Source of the DNA: Thermomicrobiales bacterium
Lineage (GTDB): Bacteria > Chloroflexota > Chloroflexia > Thermomicrobiales > UBA6265
NCBI GenBank assembly: GCA_049646645.1
Contig: JBARWF010000154.1
Coordinates: 11,653 to 75,652 of the forward strand
Reading direction: 5' to 3'
DNA: 64,000 nt
Of the stretch, positions 56,862-64,000 are shown in pieces. Each line of letters opens with the position of its first letter. Position 1 is the first letter of the stretch. A program made the translations under genes and the position numbers. The notes under the pieces were generated by a model that was given only the letters and a program-made list of their open reading frames with translations, did no database searches and was not told the DNA's origin.

Positions 56862-57766
56862 ACACCTCCGGGATTCGCGATGTCGCGGGCGTGCGCATCG
56901 GCCACGATACCAACGAGCACGACCGGACCGGTTGCACGGTAATTGCGTTTGATCAATTGACCCTGTCGGCGGCGGAAGTCCGCGGCTCAGCGCCAGGGAC
57001 ACGTGAACTCGATCTGCTGCAGCCGGGCCGATCCGTCCAGCACGCCGATGCGATCCTGCTGACCGGTGGAAGCGCATTCGGACTCCGTGCTGCCGATGGG
57101 ATCGTCGCCGGACTTGCCGAGCGGGGACGGGGCTTTCCGACTCCAGCCGGCGCGGTGCCGATCGTCCCGGCGGCGGTGATCTACGATCTCGAATCCGGCA
57201 ACGCGGTCGCACCCGATGCGGCGGCCGGGCGGCGCGCGCTGGAACGGGCGGCTCCACTTTCCCAAGTCGCGAGCGGCCAGGTCGGTGCCGGAACGGGCGC
57301 GCGTCTGGGCATGATCGGCGGCCCTGACGCGGTGCACCCCGGCGGATGCGGGATCGCACAGGTTGCCCTGCATGGCGGGACGGTGACAGCGGTTGTCGTG
57401 CTCAATGCATTTGGTGTGTTCGCCGGTGATCTGGACGGGGACGAAATGGCCGATCCTCGGCGTCGTTTTATCGACGCACTCGCGGAACCGCCGGATGTTC
57501 CGTTCGGTCGCGCGACGACGCTGATGGCGGTGATCACCGATGTCGCGTGCGATCACGACACCTTGATTCGCTGCTGCGTTGCCGCCCACGATGGCCTTGC
57601 CCGGATCATCGTGCCGGCACACACGGCGGCGGATGGCGACGTCGCCTTCGCGTCGGCGCTACGTGAGGGACCGATCGATCGGCAGACGGCGATGACTATC
57701 ACACTGGCCTCCGAGCTGGCGATCGAAGCAGCCCTGCGCCAGGCAGCAACGGCACCCGTGAACTGA
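56852..57766 (+). CDS. Peptidase S58 / DmpA (P1 aminopeptidase) family protein
   Basis: 304-aa ORF with IGHDTNEHDRTGCTVI, GSAPGTRE and LTGGSAFGL, and the expected self-processing region later on. GTG start overlaps the upstream gene by 10 nt. Confidence 0.75.
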   Translation: MDVNTSGIRDVAGVRIGHDTNEHDRTGCTVIAFDQLTLSAAEVRGSAPGTRELDLLQPGRSVQHADAILLTGGSAFGLRAADGIVAGLAERGRGFPTPAGAVPIVPAAVIYDLESGNAVAPDAAAGRRALERAAPLSQVASGQVGAGTGARLGMIGGPDAVHPGGCGIAQVALHGGTVTAVVVLNAFGVFAGDLDGDEMADPRRRFIDALAEPPDVPFGRATTLMAVITDVACDHDTLIRCCVAAHDGLARIIVPAHTAADGDVAFASALREGPIDRQTAMTITLASELAIEAALRQAATAPVN

Positions 57767-57879
57767 CCGGCTGGTGCTACACTGGAAGTCAGGGCTATGC
57801 GTGGAGGATCGATCGCCAACGTGCCGGTCGATCCCATCGGGCGTCCGCGTCAATACCGCACGGGAGGCGACGCGTTTCC

Positions 57880-58776
57880 ATGATTACACCTCCTTCTCCA
57901 CCCTTCGATTCCAGTCTGGCGCCAGCCGGCCGCCCAACAGTCGTGCTCGGGAGCACGACCGGGCCCTTGGGATCCATGCACGCGGCGCTTCATACGGCTG
58001 CTCTGGGCTCCTTCCACGCACTCGATCTGGACTTGCGCTCCACCTTGCTGGCGCCATCGTGGGAACACATCGCGCCGTTCGCTGACGAGAAAACCATTCG
58101 CATCCGTAGCGTCTGGCTCCCCACCGCAGTGACCGGGCTGGCACGCGAGCAACGGTCGCGCCGCCTGAACGCCTTTCTCCAGCATGGACTCAACGGATAC
58201 GGGCTTCGGCAGGTCATCGTGCCACGGCTCCTGGCGAATGACGATTCCGGTGTCAGCATCCCAAGTCTGGTGCGGCGCTTGGCGAAGCAGTCGAACGGGG
58301 TGATTCGCCTTGCGATCGGAGTCCAGGCCGAATCGCTGATCCAGGAGCCGGATCATCTCGACCGCATCACGGCGATCCGACGCTCCGTCGAGGAGTGGGA
58401 TCTTGACATCGCCCTCGACCTCACCGGAGATATCTCCCCGCGCTGGGAGAGCGAGGCCGCAGTCGCCAAGATGCTGCCGCGCCTGACCCTCGTCCGGCTC
58501 GAATCCTGGGTCCGTCGCGATGGGACCGTGGATACATCCCTGCGTGGCCAGCTCGCCGCCCGCACGATCGCCATGCTGTGCGATCAGGGCTACACTGGAA
58601 TCATCAGCGTCAATCCGCGCGCAACCTCCTGGCTCGGCCACGCGTCCCATGTCGCGACCGCCGCCTGGGCGGAGTTGCTCGCCCAGGACATCCAGGATCG
58701 GTACGCCCGCACAAGCTCGATCTCGACGTTTAACACGCCGACTCCGCACCGGCACCCCTCTCCCGACCGGCCGTAA
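57880..58776 (+). CDS. Hypothetical protein (possibly a TIM-barrel, xylose-isomerase-like fold)
   Basis: 298-aa ORF with ATG after GGGAGG and coding-like codon usage. The alternating beta/alpha pattern is suggestive, but no diagnostic motif was recognised. Confidence 0.4.
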   Translation: MITPPSPPFDSSLAPAGRPTVVLGSTTGPLGSMHAALHTAALGSFHALDLDLRSTLLAPSWEHIAPFADEKTIRIRSVWLPTAVTGLAREQRSRRLNAFLQHGLNGYGLRQVIVPRLLANDDSGVSIPSLVRRLAKQSNGVIRLAIGVQAESLIQEPDHLDRITAIRRSVEEWDLDIALDLTGDISPRWESEAAVAKMLPRLTLVRLESWVRRDGTVDTSLRGQLAARTIAMLCDQGYTGIISVNPRATSWLGHASHVATAAWAELLAQDIQDRYARTSSISTFNTPTPHRHPSPDRP

Positions 58777-58821
58777 CGTCGCGGAGTTTCCGCCACAATG
58801 GCGAGGGGAGTGCAACTGCTC

Positions 58822-58867
58822 GCAAACAAAAGCACCGCCGGATTGCTCCGGCGGTGCTTTTGTTTGC
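58822..58867. terminator. Bidirectional intrinsic terminator
   Basis: Perfect 21-bp stem (gcaaacaaaagcaccgccgga / tccggcggtgcttttgtttgc) with loop ttgc and T-rich distal arms on both strands. It lies between convergent stops at 58776 and 58895. Confidence 0.7.
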
Positions 58868-58894
58868 AATGGTGGGGACAGTACCCGGTGCGCT

Positions 58895-59305
58895 CTAGCG
58901 CTTCGTGTACTGAGGCGCCTTGCGGGCGCGCTTGAGCCCGACCTTCTTCCGCTCCTTCTCACGCGGATCGCGCGTCAGCAGCTTCGCAGGCTTGAGGACG
59001 CTACGGAGCTCCTCATCGGCGCGGGTGAGCGCGCGGGCGATGCCGTGTCGAACTGCCCCCGCCTGGCCGGCGACGCCGCCGCCAACCACCGTCGCCACCA
59101 CGTTGAACCGCTCACCGGTACCGGTGATGCGCAGCGGCTCCAGAATCGCGTTCTGGTGAATGTCGCGGCCGCCAAAGTACTCCTTGGCGTTCTTTCCGTT
59201 CACCGTGATCGTGCCATCGCCCGGATAGAGGCGGACACGGGCGATGGCGGTCTTCCGACGCCCCACCGCGTAGAAATAGCGGCCGCTGGCCGTTGCTTCG
59301 CTCAT
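58895..59305 (-). CDS. rpsI: 30S ribosomal protein S9
   Basis: 136-aa ORF with GRRKTAIARV and a C-terminal KKVGLKRARKAPQYTKR. Confidence 0.96.
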   Translation of the reverse strand: MSEATASGRYFYAVGRRKTAIARVRLYPGDGTITVNGKNAKEYFGGRDIHQNAILEPLRITGTGERFNVVATVVGGGVAGQAGAVRHGIARALTRADEELRSVLKPAKLLTRDPREKERKKVGLKRARKAPQYTKR

Positions 59306-59328
59306 TATTGCTCCTTGGAATCTCTCTG

Positions 59329-59784
59329 TTACGAGCGAGTCGCCGTCTCGTCCAGCTGCAGTGCCGCCGGATTCTGTGCGCCATGCGGGTGCTCGGCACC
59401 GACATAGACCTTCATCTTCTTGAACTGCGCCCGGCCGAGCGTGTTCCGCGGCAGCATGCCACGAACGGCGTTCTCAAGGATGCGCTCCGGATGACGCGCG
59501 CGCATCTCCTTGAGCGAGGTGGTCTTCAGGCCGCCGGGATAGCCGGAGTGCCGGTAGTAGTTCTTGTCGGCCTCCTTATTGCCCGAGACCTTGACCTTCT
59601 CCGCATTGACCACGATGACAAAGTCACCGGTGTCGACATGCGGGGTGTAGGTCGGCTTGTTCTTGCCGCGCAGCGTGGCTGCGATGGCCGATGCAAGCCG
59701 CCCAAGCGTCTTGCCTTCGGCGTCGACGATGAACCAGTTACGGGTCACCTCGGCCGGCTTGGCTGAGTAGGTACGTCGTTCCAC
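59329..59784 (-). CDS. rplM: 50S ribosomal protein L13
   Basis: 151-aa ORF with [16 protein letters not shown]...[17 protein letters not shown]. Confidence 0.96.
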   Translation of the reverse strand: MERRTYSAKPAEVTRNWFIVDAEGKTLGRLASAIAATLRGKNKPTYTPHVDTGDFVIVVNAEKVKVSGNKEADKNYYRHSGYPGGLKTTSLKEMRARHPERILENAVRGMLPRNTLGRAQFKKMKVYVGAEHPHGAQNPAALQLDETATRS

Positions 59785-59799
59785 GATTGATTCGCTCCC

Positions 59800-60672
59800 T
59801 TATCCAAAAACCTGTGGGGCAACAGATGCGCCCATAGTCTGTCTGCCGTCCGGGTCTGGGTCAGGAACATCGTTACCGTAACCCACTCGCCAAAGCAGTA
59901 ACCCGTGTGGCGGAGCCGTTGAAGGCCCCAGCCGGCGATCTCGCTCCCGGAGGAGCTCCGTAATCCATTCCGGCGACTGTGCGCCCGCGCCGATCTCGAC
60001 GAGCCCGCCGACCATCGATCGCACCATGCGCGGCAGGAAGCCATCGGCGACGACCCGGATCTCGACCCCGCCCGTATCGTCAGCTGCGGCGATCCCCCAC
60101 CAGGGATGCACCCGCCGTACCGAACAATGGGTGATCGTGCGGACCGTGCCCCGGGGCCGCGACGCCCGTTCCGACCAGGGAACACCTTCACCGCCACTGG
60201 CAAACGAGGCGACATCATGCGTTCCCAGGAACCGCGCCGCTCCCTCCGCCATCGCGTCAAGGTCGAGCGCTGAACGACGCTGCCAGACAGCGTTTCCGGC
60301 GAGCGGTTGGGGTGCCCCGATCCAGAGCCGATACCGGTACTCTCGCCAGGTGGCATCGTAGCGGGGGTGAAAATCCGCCGCGACACGTTCGGCCCGAACA
60401 ATCGACAGATCGTCACGGAGGTTGGCGTTGAGCGCCGTCCGCAGTGCGCTCGCCTGCATGTCCGGACGAACGCCCGCACATCCGACGACCTGCCCGATGG
60501 CGTGGACACCGCGATCGGTTCGCCCCGCGAATACCGTCGCCACTGGCGTTCCCGCGAGAAGCCCAAGCGCCCGTTCGAGCTCCTCCTGCACGGTCCGCCG
60601 CCCGGGCTGTCGCTGCGATCCGAAGAACGCGGAACCGTTGTAGGAAACGGTCAGCTTCCAGGAATCGCTCAC
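59800..60672 (-). CDS. truA: tRNA pseudouridine(38-40) synthase
   Basis: 290-aa ORF with YNGSAFFGSQRQ and the catalytic GRTDRGVHA motif. Confidence 0.92.
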   Translation of the reverse strand: MSDSWKLTVSYNGSAFFGSQRQPGRRTVQEELERALGLLAGTPVATVFAGRTDRGVHAIGQVVGCAGVRPDMQASALRTALNANLRDDLSIVRAERVAADFHPRYDATWREYRYRLWIGAPQPLAGNAVWQRRSALDLDAMAEGAARFLGTHDVASFASGGEGVPWSERASRPRGTVRTITHCSVRRVHPWWGIAAADDTGGVEIRVVADGFLPRMVRSMVGGLVEIGAGAQSPEWITELLRERDRRLGPSTAPPHGLLLWRVGYGNDVPDPDPDGRQTMGASVAPQVFG

Positions 60673-60738
60673 GCCGCACCGGGAAACAGGAATGGGGCGT
60701 CGCTGCCCGGATCGCCGGTTGCCGCCCCCATTCCCGTG

Positions 60739-61095
60739 CTAGGCCGTCACGAACTCGATCAGCACCATCGGCGCGGCATCGCCACGACGAGGGCCGAGCT
60801 TCGAGATCCGCGTGTAGCCGCCCGGCACACCTTCGTAGCGAGGTGCAACCACATCGAACAGCTTCGCCGTCGCCGGCTGGTGATCGATGCGGGACATGAC
60901 CAACCGCCGATGGTGGTCGGAATCCTCACGCGCCGTCGTAACCAACTTCTCGACCACGATCCGCAGCTCTTTCGCCTTGGCCTCGGTCGTCATGATCCGC
61001 TCATGGAGAATGAGCGAAATCGCCTGCTGTCGCAGCAAAGCTTTGCGCTGGCTTGGGTTGCGCCCAAACTTACGTCCCGCCTTCTGGTGTCTCAT
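60739..61095 (-). CDS. rplQ: 50S ribosomal protein L17
   Basis: 118-aa ORF starting MRHQKAGRKFGRNPSQRKALLR. Start overlaps the rpoA stop (ATGA). Confidence 0.96.
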   Translation of the reverse strand: MRHQKAGRKFGRNPSQRKALLRQQAISLILHERIMTTEAKAKELRIVVEKLVTTAREDSDHHRRLVMSRIDHQPATAKLFDVVAPRYEGVPGGYTRISKLGPRRGDAAPMVLIEFVTA

Positions 61096-62162
61096 TCCTC
61101 GTCACCCTCGTCTTCCTGGGCCTCGCCAGCACTTCCCATGGAAGTGATCATCTCGACGGCCGTTCGATCATCGTCCTCATCTGCCGACTCGTCATCCCCG
61201 CCGTCCTGACCGATCAACGCGAGATCGGCTTCAGGCAGGTAGCCGTATTCGGCCAGCTTTTCGCGCAGTTCCGTCAACGATCGAGGACCGAAGTTGCGGA
61301 TCGACAGCAGCTGGTCCGGGTCCATGGTGAGGACCTGACCGACCTTGTCGATTTGCTTGCTGCGCAGCGCGTTCAACACGCGCGGTGAAAGCCCGAGCTC
61401 GGCCAACGGGCGATTCTGGACCTCTTCCGAAATGAAGGAGTTCGCAGCCGCCTCCGGCTCCGGCCGGGTGAACTCCGCGAACACCCGAGCGTGATCCATC
61501 AGGATCTGGGCGGACTGCGAAAGGGCATCGTCCGGCTCCATCGTCCCGTCGGTCAGGATCTCGAGGATCAGGCGATCCTTCTCCTCACCGCCGCCCCCGA
61601 TGCGCGTGTGCTCGACCACGAAGTTGACGCGCTCGATCGGCGTGTAAATCGCGTCGATCGGAATCTCGCCCAACGCGTAGGTCTCCTGCGTCTCGGCAGA
61701 GCGGTACCCGCGGTCGCGGCTGATCCAGAGATCCATGTCCAGCACGGCCTCCGTCCCCTCCAGCGTCGCAATGGGCTGCTCGGGATTGACGATCTCGACC
61801 TCGGTCGGCCATTCGACATCGCCGGCCGTGACGATATGCTCGCCCTCGCCCTCACCACGCGCGTAGAGATGCGCGCGCACATCCCCGTGCAGCTCGGTGA
61901 ACTGCCGCAGCCGGACACCCTTGAGGTTCAGCACGATCTCCGTGACATCCTCGCGGACATTCGGCACACTGGCAAACTCGTGCCAGACGTTATCGATCCG
62001 GATGCGGGAGATTGCGCAGCCCTCCAGGGAGCGCAAGAGGATCCGCCGCAGGGCATTTCCCAGCGTCGTCCCGTATCCCGGCTCCAGCGGCTCGACCTGG
62101 TAGCGCCCGTAGTTGCGCCCCGCCTCGACGGTCGTTATTTTGAATTCGGGTTGCTGCAACAA
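61092..62162 (-). CDS. rpoA: DNA-directed RNA polymerase alpha subunit (with acidic C-terminal tail)
   Basis: VEPLEPGYGTTLGNALRRILL NTD motif and a CTD HhH (LGLSPRVLNALR). TTG 62162 lies 9 nt after GAGGAGG and gives an N-terminus co-linear with Bacillus RpoA; the track start (GTG 62198) is less likely. Confidence 0.93.
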   Translation of the reverse strand: MLQQPEFKITTVEAGRNYGRYQVEPLEPGYGTTLGNALRRILLRSLEGCAISRIRIDNVWHEFASVPNVREDVTEIVLNLKGVRLRQFTELHGDVRAHLYARGEGEGEHIVTAGDVEWPTEVEIVNPEQPIATLEGTEAVLDMDLWISRDRGYRSAETQETYALGEIPIDAIYTPIERVNFVVEHTRIGGGGEEKDRLILEILTDGTMEPDDALSQSAQILMDHARVFAEFTRPEPEAAANSFISEEVQNRPLAELGLSPRVLNALRSKQIDKVGQVLTMDPDQLLSIRNFGPRSLTELREKLAEYGYLPEADLALIGQDGGDDESADEDDDRTAVEMITSMGSAGEAQEDEGDEE

Positions 62163-62292
62163 GCGGACTCGCCTCCTCGCGACACCGGCCCCTCCCACGC
62201 CTCCGCGTCCTGGGGCTCCGTGTGGTTGATCAGCCCTTCTTCACGGGCTGAATGCTGACCATTGATTCCTGACCAGCAGGTCACGGCCGACA

Positions 62293-62317
62293 GATGTTCC
62301 CGCCGGGCGGGAACATC
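62293..62317 (-). other. Stem-loop between rpsK and rpoA
   Basis: Perfect 11-bp stem gatgttcccgc / gcgggaacatc with a 3-nt loop, 15 nt after the rpsK stop. It may be an internal attenuator or processing signal. Confidence 0.4.
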
Positions 62318-62332
62318 CGAGCTCATGCCTGA

Positions 62333-62740
62333 CTAGACGCGCCGCCGCTTCGGCGGTCGGCAACCATTGTGCGGAATCGGTGTCGTGTCGGTGATCGAGA
62401 TCACTTGAACGCCGCTCGTCTGCAGCGAGCGGACCGCCATCTCCCGGCCAGAGCCGGGGCCCTTGACGAAGACATCGACCTGACGCAGGCCGTGCTCCTG
62501 GGCCCGCCGGGCCGCAGCCTCCGAGGTCACCTGCGCGGCAAACGGCGTGCTCTTGCGGGAGCCCTTGAAGCCATTTGCACCAGCGCTCGACCAGGCGATG
62601 ACGTTCCCGTTCGGATCCGTGAGGGTCACGATCGTGTTGTTGAACGTCGCCTGAATATACGCGCGCCCTCGGGGAATATTCTTCCGGTCGCGCCGTCGAA
62701 CACGTCCCTTGCTCTGATTACCACGCCGTCGTTCTGACAT
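62333..62740 (-). CDS. rpsK: 30S ribosomal protein S11
   Basis: 135-aa ORF with [20 protein letters not shown]...[13 protein letters not shown]. Confidence 0.96.
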   Translation of the reverse strand: MSERRRGNQSKGRVRRRDRKNIPRGRAYIQATFNNTIVTLTDPNGNVIAWSSAGANGFKGSRKSTPFAAQVTSEAAARRAQEHGLRQVDVFVKGPGSGREMAVRSLQTSGVQVISITDTTPIPHNGCRPPKRRRV

Positions 62741-62829
62741 TGTGCGTTATCGCCTCCATAGACCAACCATCAAACATTCTGGGGAAGGCGCCCATCCTGG
62801 ACGCCGGTGCCGGCAAACAGCGCCAAAGG

Positions 62830-63198
62830 CTACTTGCGGCGACCGCTCACTGCTCGCTTCGGACCGCGCCGCGTGCGGGCGTTGGTCCGCGTTCGCTGGC
62901 CGCGCATCGGCAAACCACGGCGGTGGCGCAGACCCCGATACGACCCAATATCCATCAAGCGCTTGATATTCATCGAGACTTCGCGGCGGAGATCACCCTC
63001 CACCCGCATCTCGCGATCGATGATATCGCGGAGCCGGTTGACCTCATCGTCGGTCAGGTCGCGCACGCGCGTATCGGGATTGATCCCGGTGCGCTCCAGC
63101 AACTGCTGACTGGTGGTCAGCCCAATCCCATAGATGTACGTCAGCCCGATTTCGACTCGCTTCTCACGGGGCAGATCAACCCCGGAAATTCTGGCCAT
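62830..63198 (-). CDS. rpsM: 30S ribosomal protein S13
   Basis: 122-aa ORF with [26 protein letters not shown]. Confidence 0.96.
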   Translation of the reverse strand: MARISGVDLPREKRVEIGLTYIYGIGLTTSQQLLERTGINPDTRVRDLTDDEVNRLRDIIDREMRVEGDLRREVSMNIKRLMDIGSYRGLRHRRGLPMRGQRTRTNARTRRGPKRAVSGRRK

Positions 63199-63274
63199 GC
63201 TGTTTCCTCTGCTGCGTTGATCCCCTCACCACCAGGTCGCATATGCGGCGCTGCAGATAGGTGAGCCGGAGTGA

Positions 63275-63388
63275 TTATCCCTGGCGTTGCTTGTGACGCG
63301 GGTTCGTGCAGATGATGCGCACGATCCCCTTGCGCCGAATGACGCGGCACTTCTCGCACCGCTTCTTTACCGAGGCCGAGACCTTCAT
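63275..63388 (-). CDS. rpmJ: 50S ribosomal protein L36
   Basis: Below the ORF-track size cutoff. My manual translation gives [37 protein letters not shown], with GGAGAA upstream. Confidence 0.93.
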   Translation of the reverse strand: MKVSASVKKRCEKCRVIRRKGIVRIICTNPRHKQRQG

Positions 63389-63634
63389 TACCTGATTCTC
63401 CTTGGGCCATATCGCATACGGCCGCCTGTCATAATCGCTGTCCCGTCGCGCTCCAGCCCGATAAGCAAGGAACGTACCGAAGATCTCGGACCGAAATGGG
63501 GAATCCCCCGAACGTGCTTCCGAGCGGTGCGGTGCTTCCCATATGCGGCCCCTGCCAGATACTCAGGGGTGTGGTGAGGGTCGGCGCTCGCACACGCGGA
63601 TAGCGCATGTCGGGACGACATGCGCAACGATTGA

Positions 63635-64000
63635 TTAGTGTACCATACTCGGAAGCCGCTCGGTCAAGATCAAGGGCTCGTCCTCGGTAATCGCAACCGT
63701 ATGCTCGAAATGTGCCGACCACGATCCATCAGCCGTCACAACGGTCCACTTGTCCTTCAGCTCCCTCGTCTCGTCACCGCCAAGCGTCAGCATGGGCTCG
63801 ATCGCGATGGTCATGCCCGGTCGCAGCATGACGCCGCGCGCCGGATCGCCGTGATTCGCGATGTGCGGATCCTCCCACATCTGACGCCCGATGCCATGCC
63901 CGCCGTATTCCCGGACGCTGCCAAGACCCCGCGCCGAGACGTACGTCTCCACTGCCTGACCGATCGCGCCGATCCGGTTTCCCGCCCGTGCCTGTCGGAT
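63635..64000 (-). CDS. map: Methionine aminopeptidase type I (partial; 5' end beyond the window)
   Basis: The C-terminal region carries HGIGRQMWEDPHI, MTIAIEPM and SAHFEHTVAIT metal-ligand motifs. The reading frame stays open to the window edge. Confidence 0.9.
   Translation of the reverse strand: MRQARAGNRIGAIGQAVETYVSARGLGSVREYGGHGIGRQMWEDPHIANHGDPARGVMLRPGMTIAIEPMLTLGGDETRELKDKWTVVTADGSWSAHFEHTVAITEDEPLILTERLPSMVH

Noticed and set aside
63388-63627. 79-aa minus-strand ORF ending in TAATG overlap with rpmJ, considered as a divergent infA replacement
   Set aside because: It has no IF-1 S1-fold motifs. It is basic and low-complexity, uses several rare codons, has weak GC3 bias compared with neighbouring genes, and lacks an SD. 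It is treated as non-coding spacer.

Overview
High-GC (about two-thirds G+C by eye) bacterial chromosomal segment made almost entirely of core housekeeping genes, densely packed with many ATGA/GTGA start-stop overlaps. Left to right: his operon tail (hisA-hisF-hisIE-HIT protein), a membrane protein and aminotransferase, P5C dehydrogenase, and a minus-strand beta-oxidation/ETF operon (acyl-CoA dehydrogenase, thiolase, gamma-CA/PaaY-like protein, enoyl-CoA hydratase, etfB, etfA). Next come birA, a CNNM/CBS protein, prs, glmU, tRNA-Gln(UUG), an NrtR-like regulator with nadK, and recR/tmk/darA with an R3H-ATPase. Then ftsK, RNase J, a family-4 UDG, a CUT1 sugar ABC transporter with a large secreted PIG-L/CBM9 deacetylase, a DnaQ-exonuclease/GIY-YIG (Cho-like) fusion divergent from ligA, and a pyrimidine operon (pyrC-carA-carB-pyrK-pyrD-cax-pyrE). 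The window ends with an nth-phosphatase-MBL-S58 peptidase operon and the alpha ribosomal operon (map, rpmJ, rpsM, rpsK, rpoA, rplQ, truA, rplM, rpsI). Firmicute-like gene orders (rpsK-rpoA without rpsD, tmk-darA, class 1B pyrK/pyrD) in a high-GC background suggest a Chloroflexota/Thermomicrobia-like organism; this is low-confidence inference. I did not find a convincing new multi-gene system such as a defence island, CRISPR array or prophage. The features that gene annotation does not explain are: (1) at least three families of structured intergenic repeats, one a GTAG-headed REP/REPIN-like family whose stem sequences co-vary between copies and which sits inside operons; (2) a promoter, terminator and read-through leader ORF upstream of pyrC that resembles a transcription attenuator; (3) a cax antiporter translationally coupled in the slot normally held by pyrF; (4) a 246-nt structured spacer where infA normally lies between map and rpmJ; (5) several unusual domain fusions. 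No similarity search or folding was run. Functional calls rest on motifs recognised by eye, and start codons were chosen by Shine-Dalgarno spacing, since the ORF track also opens ORFs at GTG and TTG.
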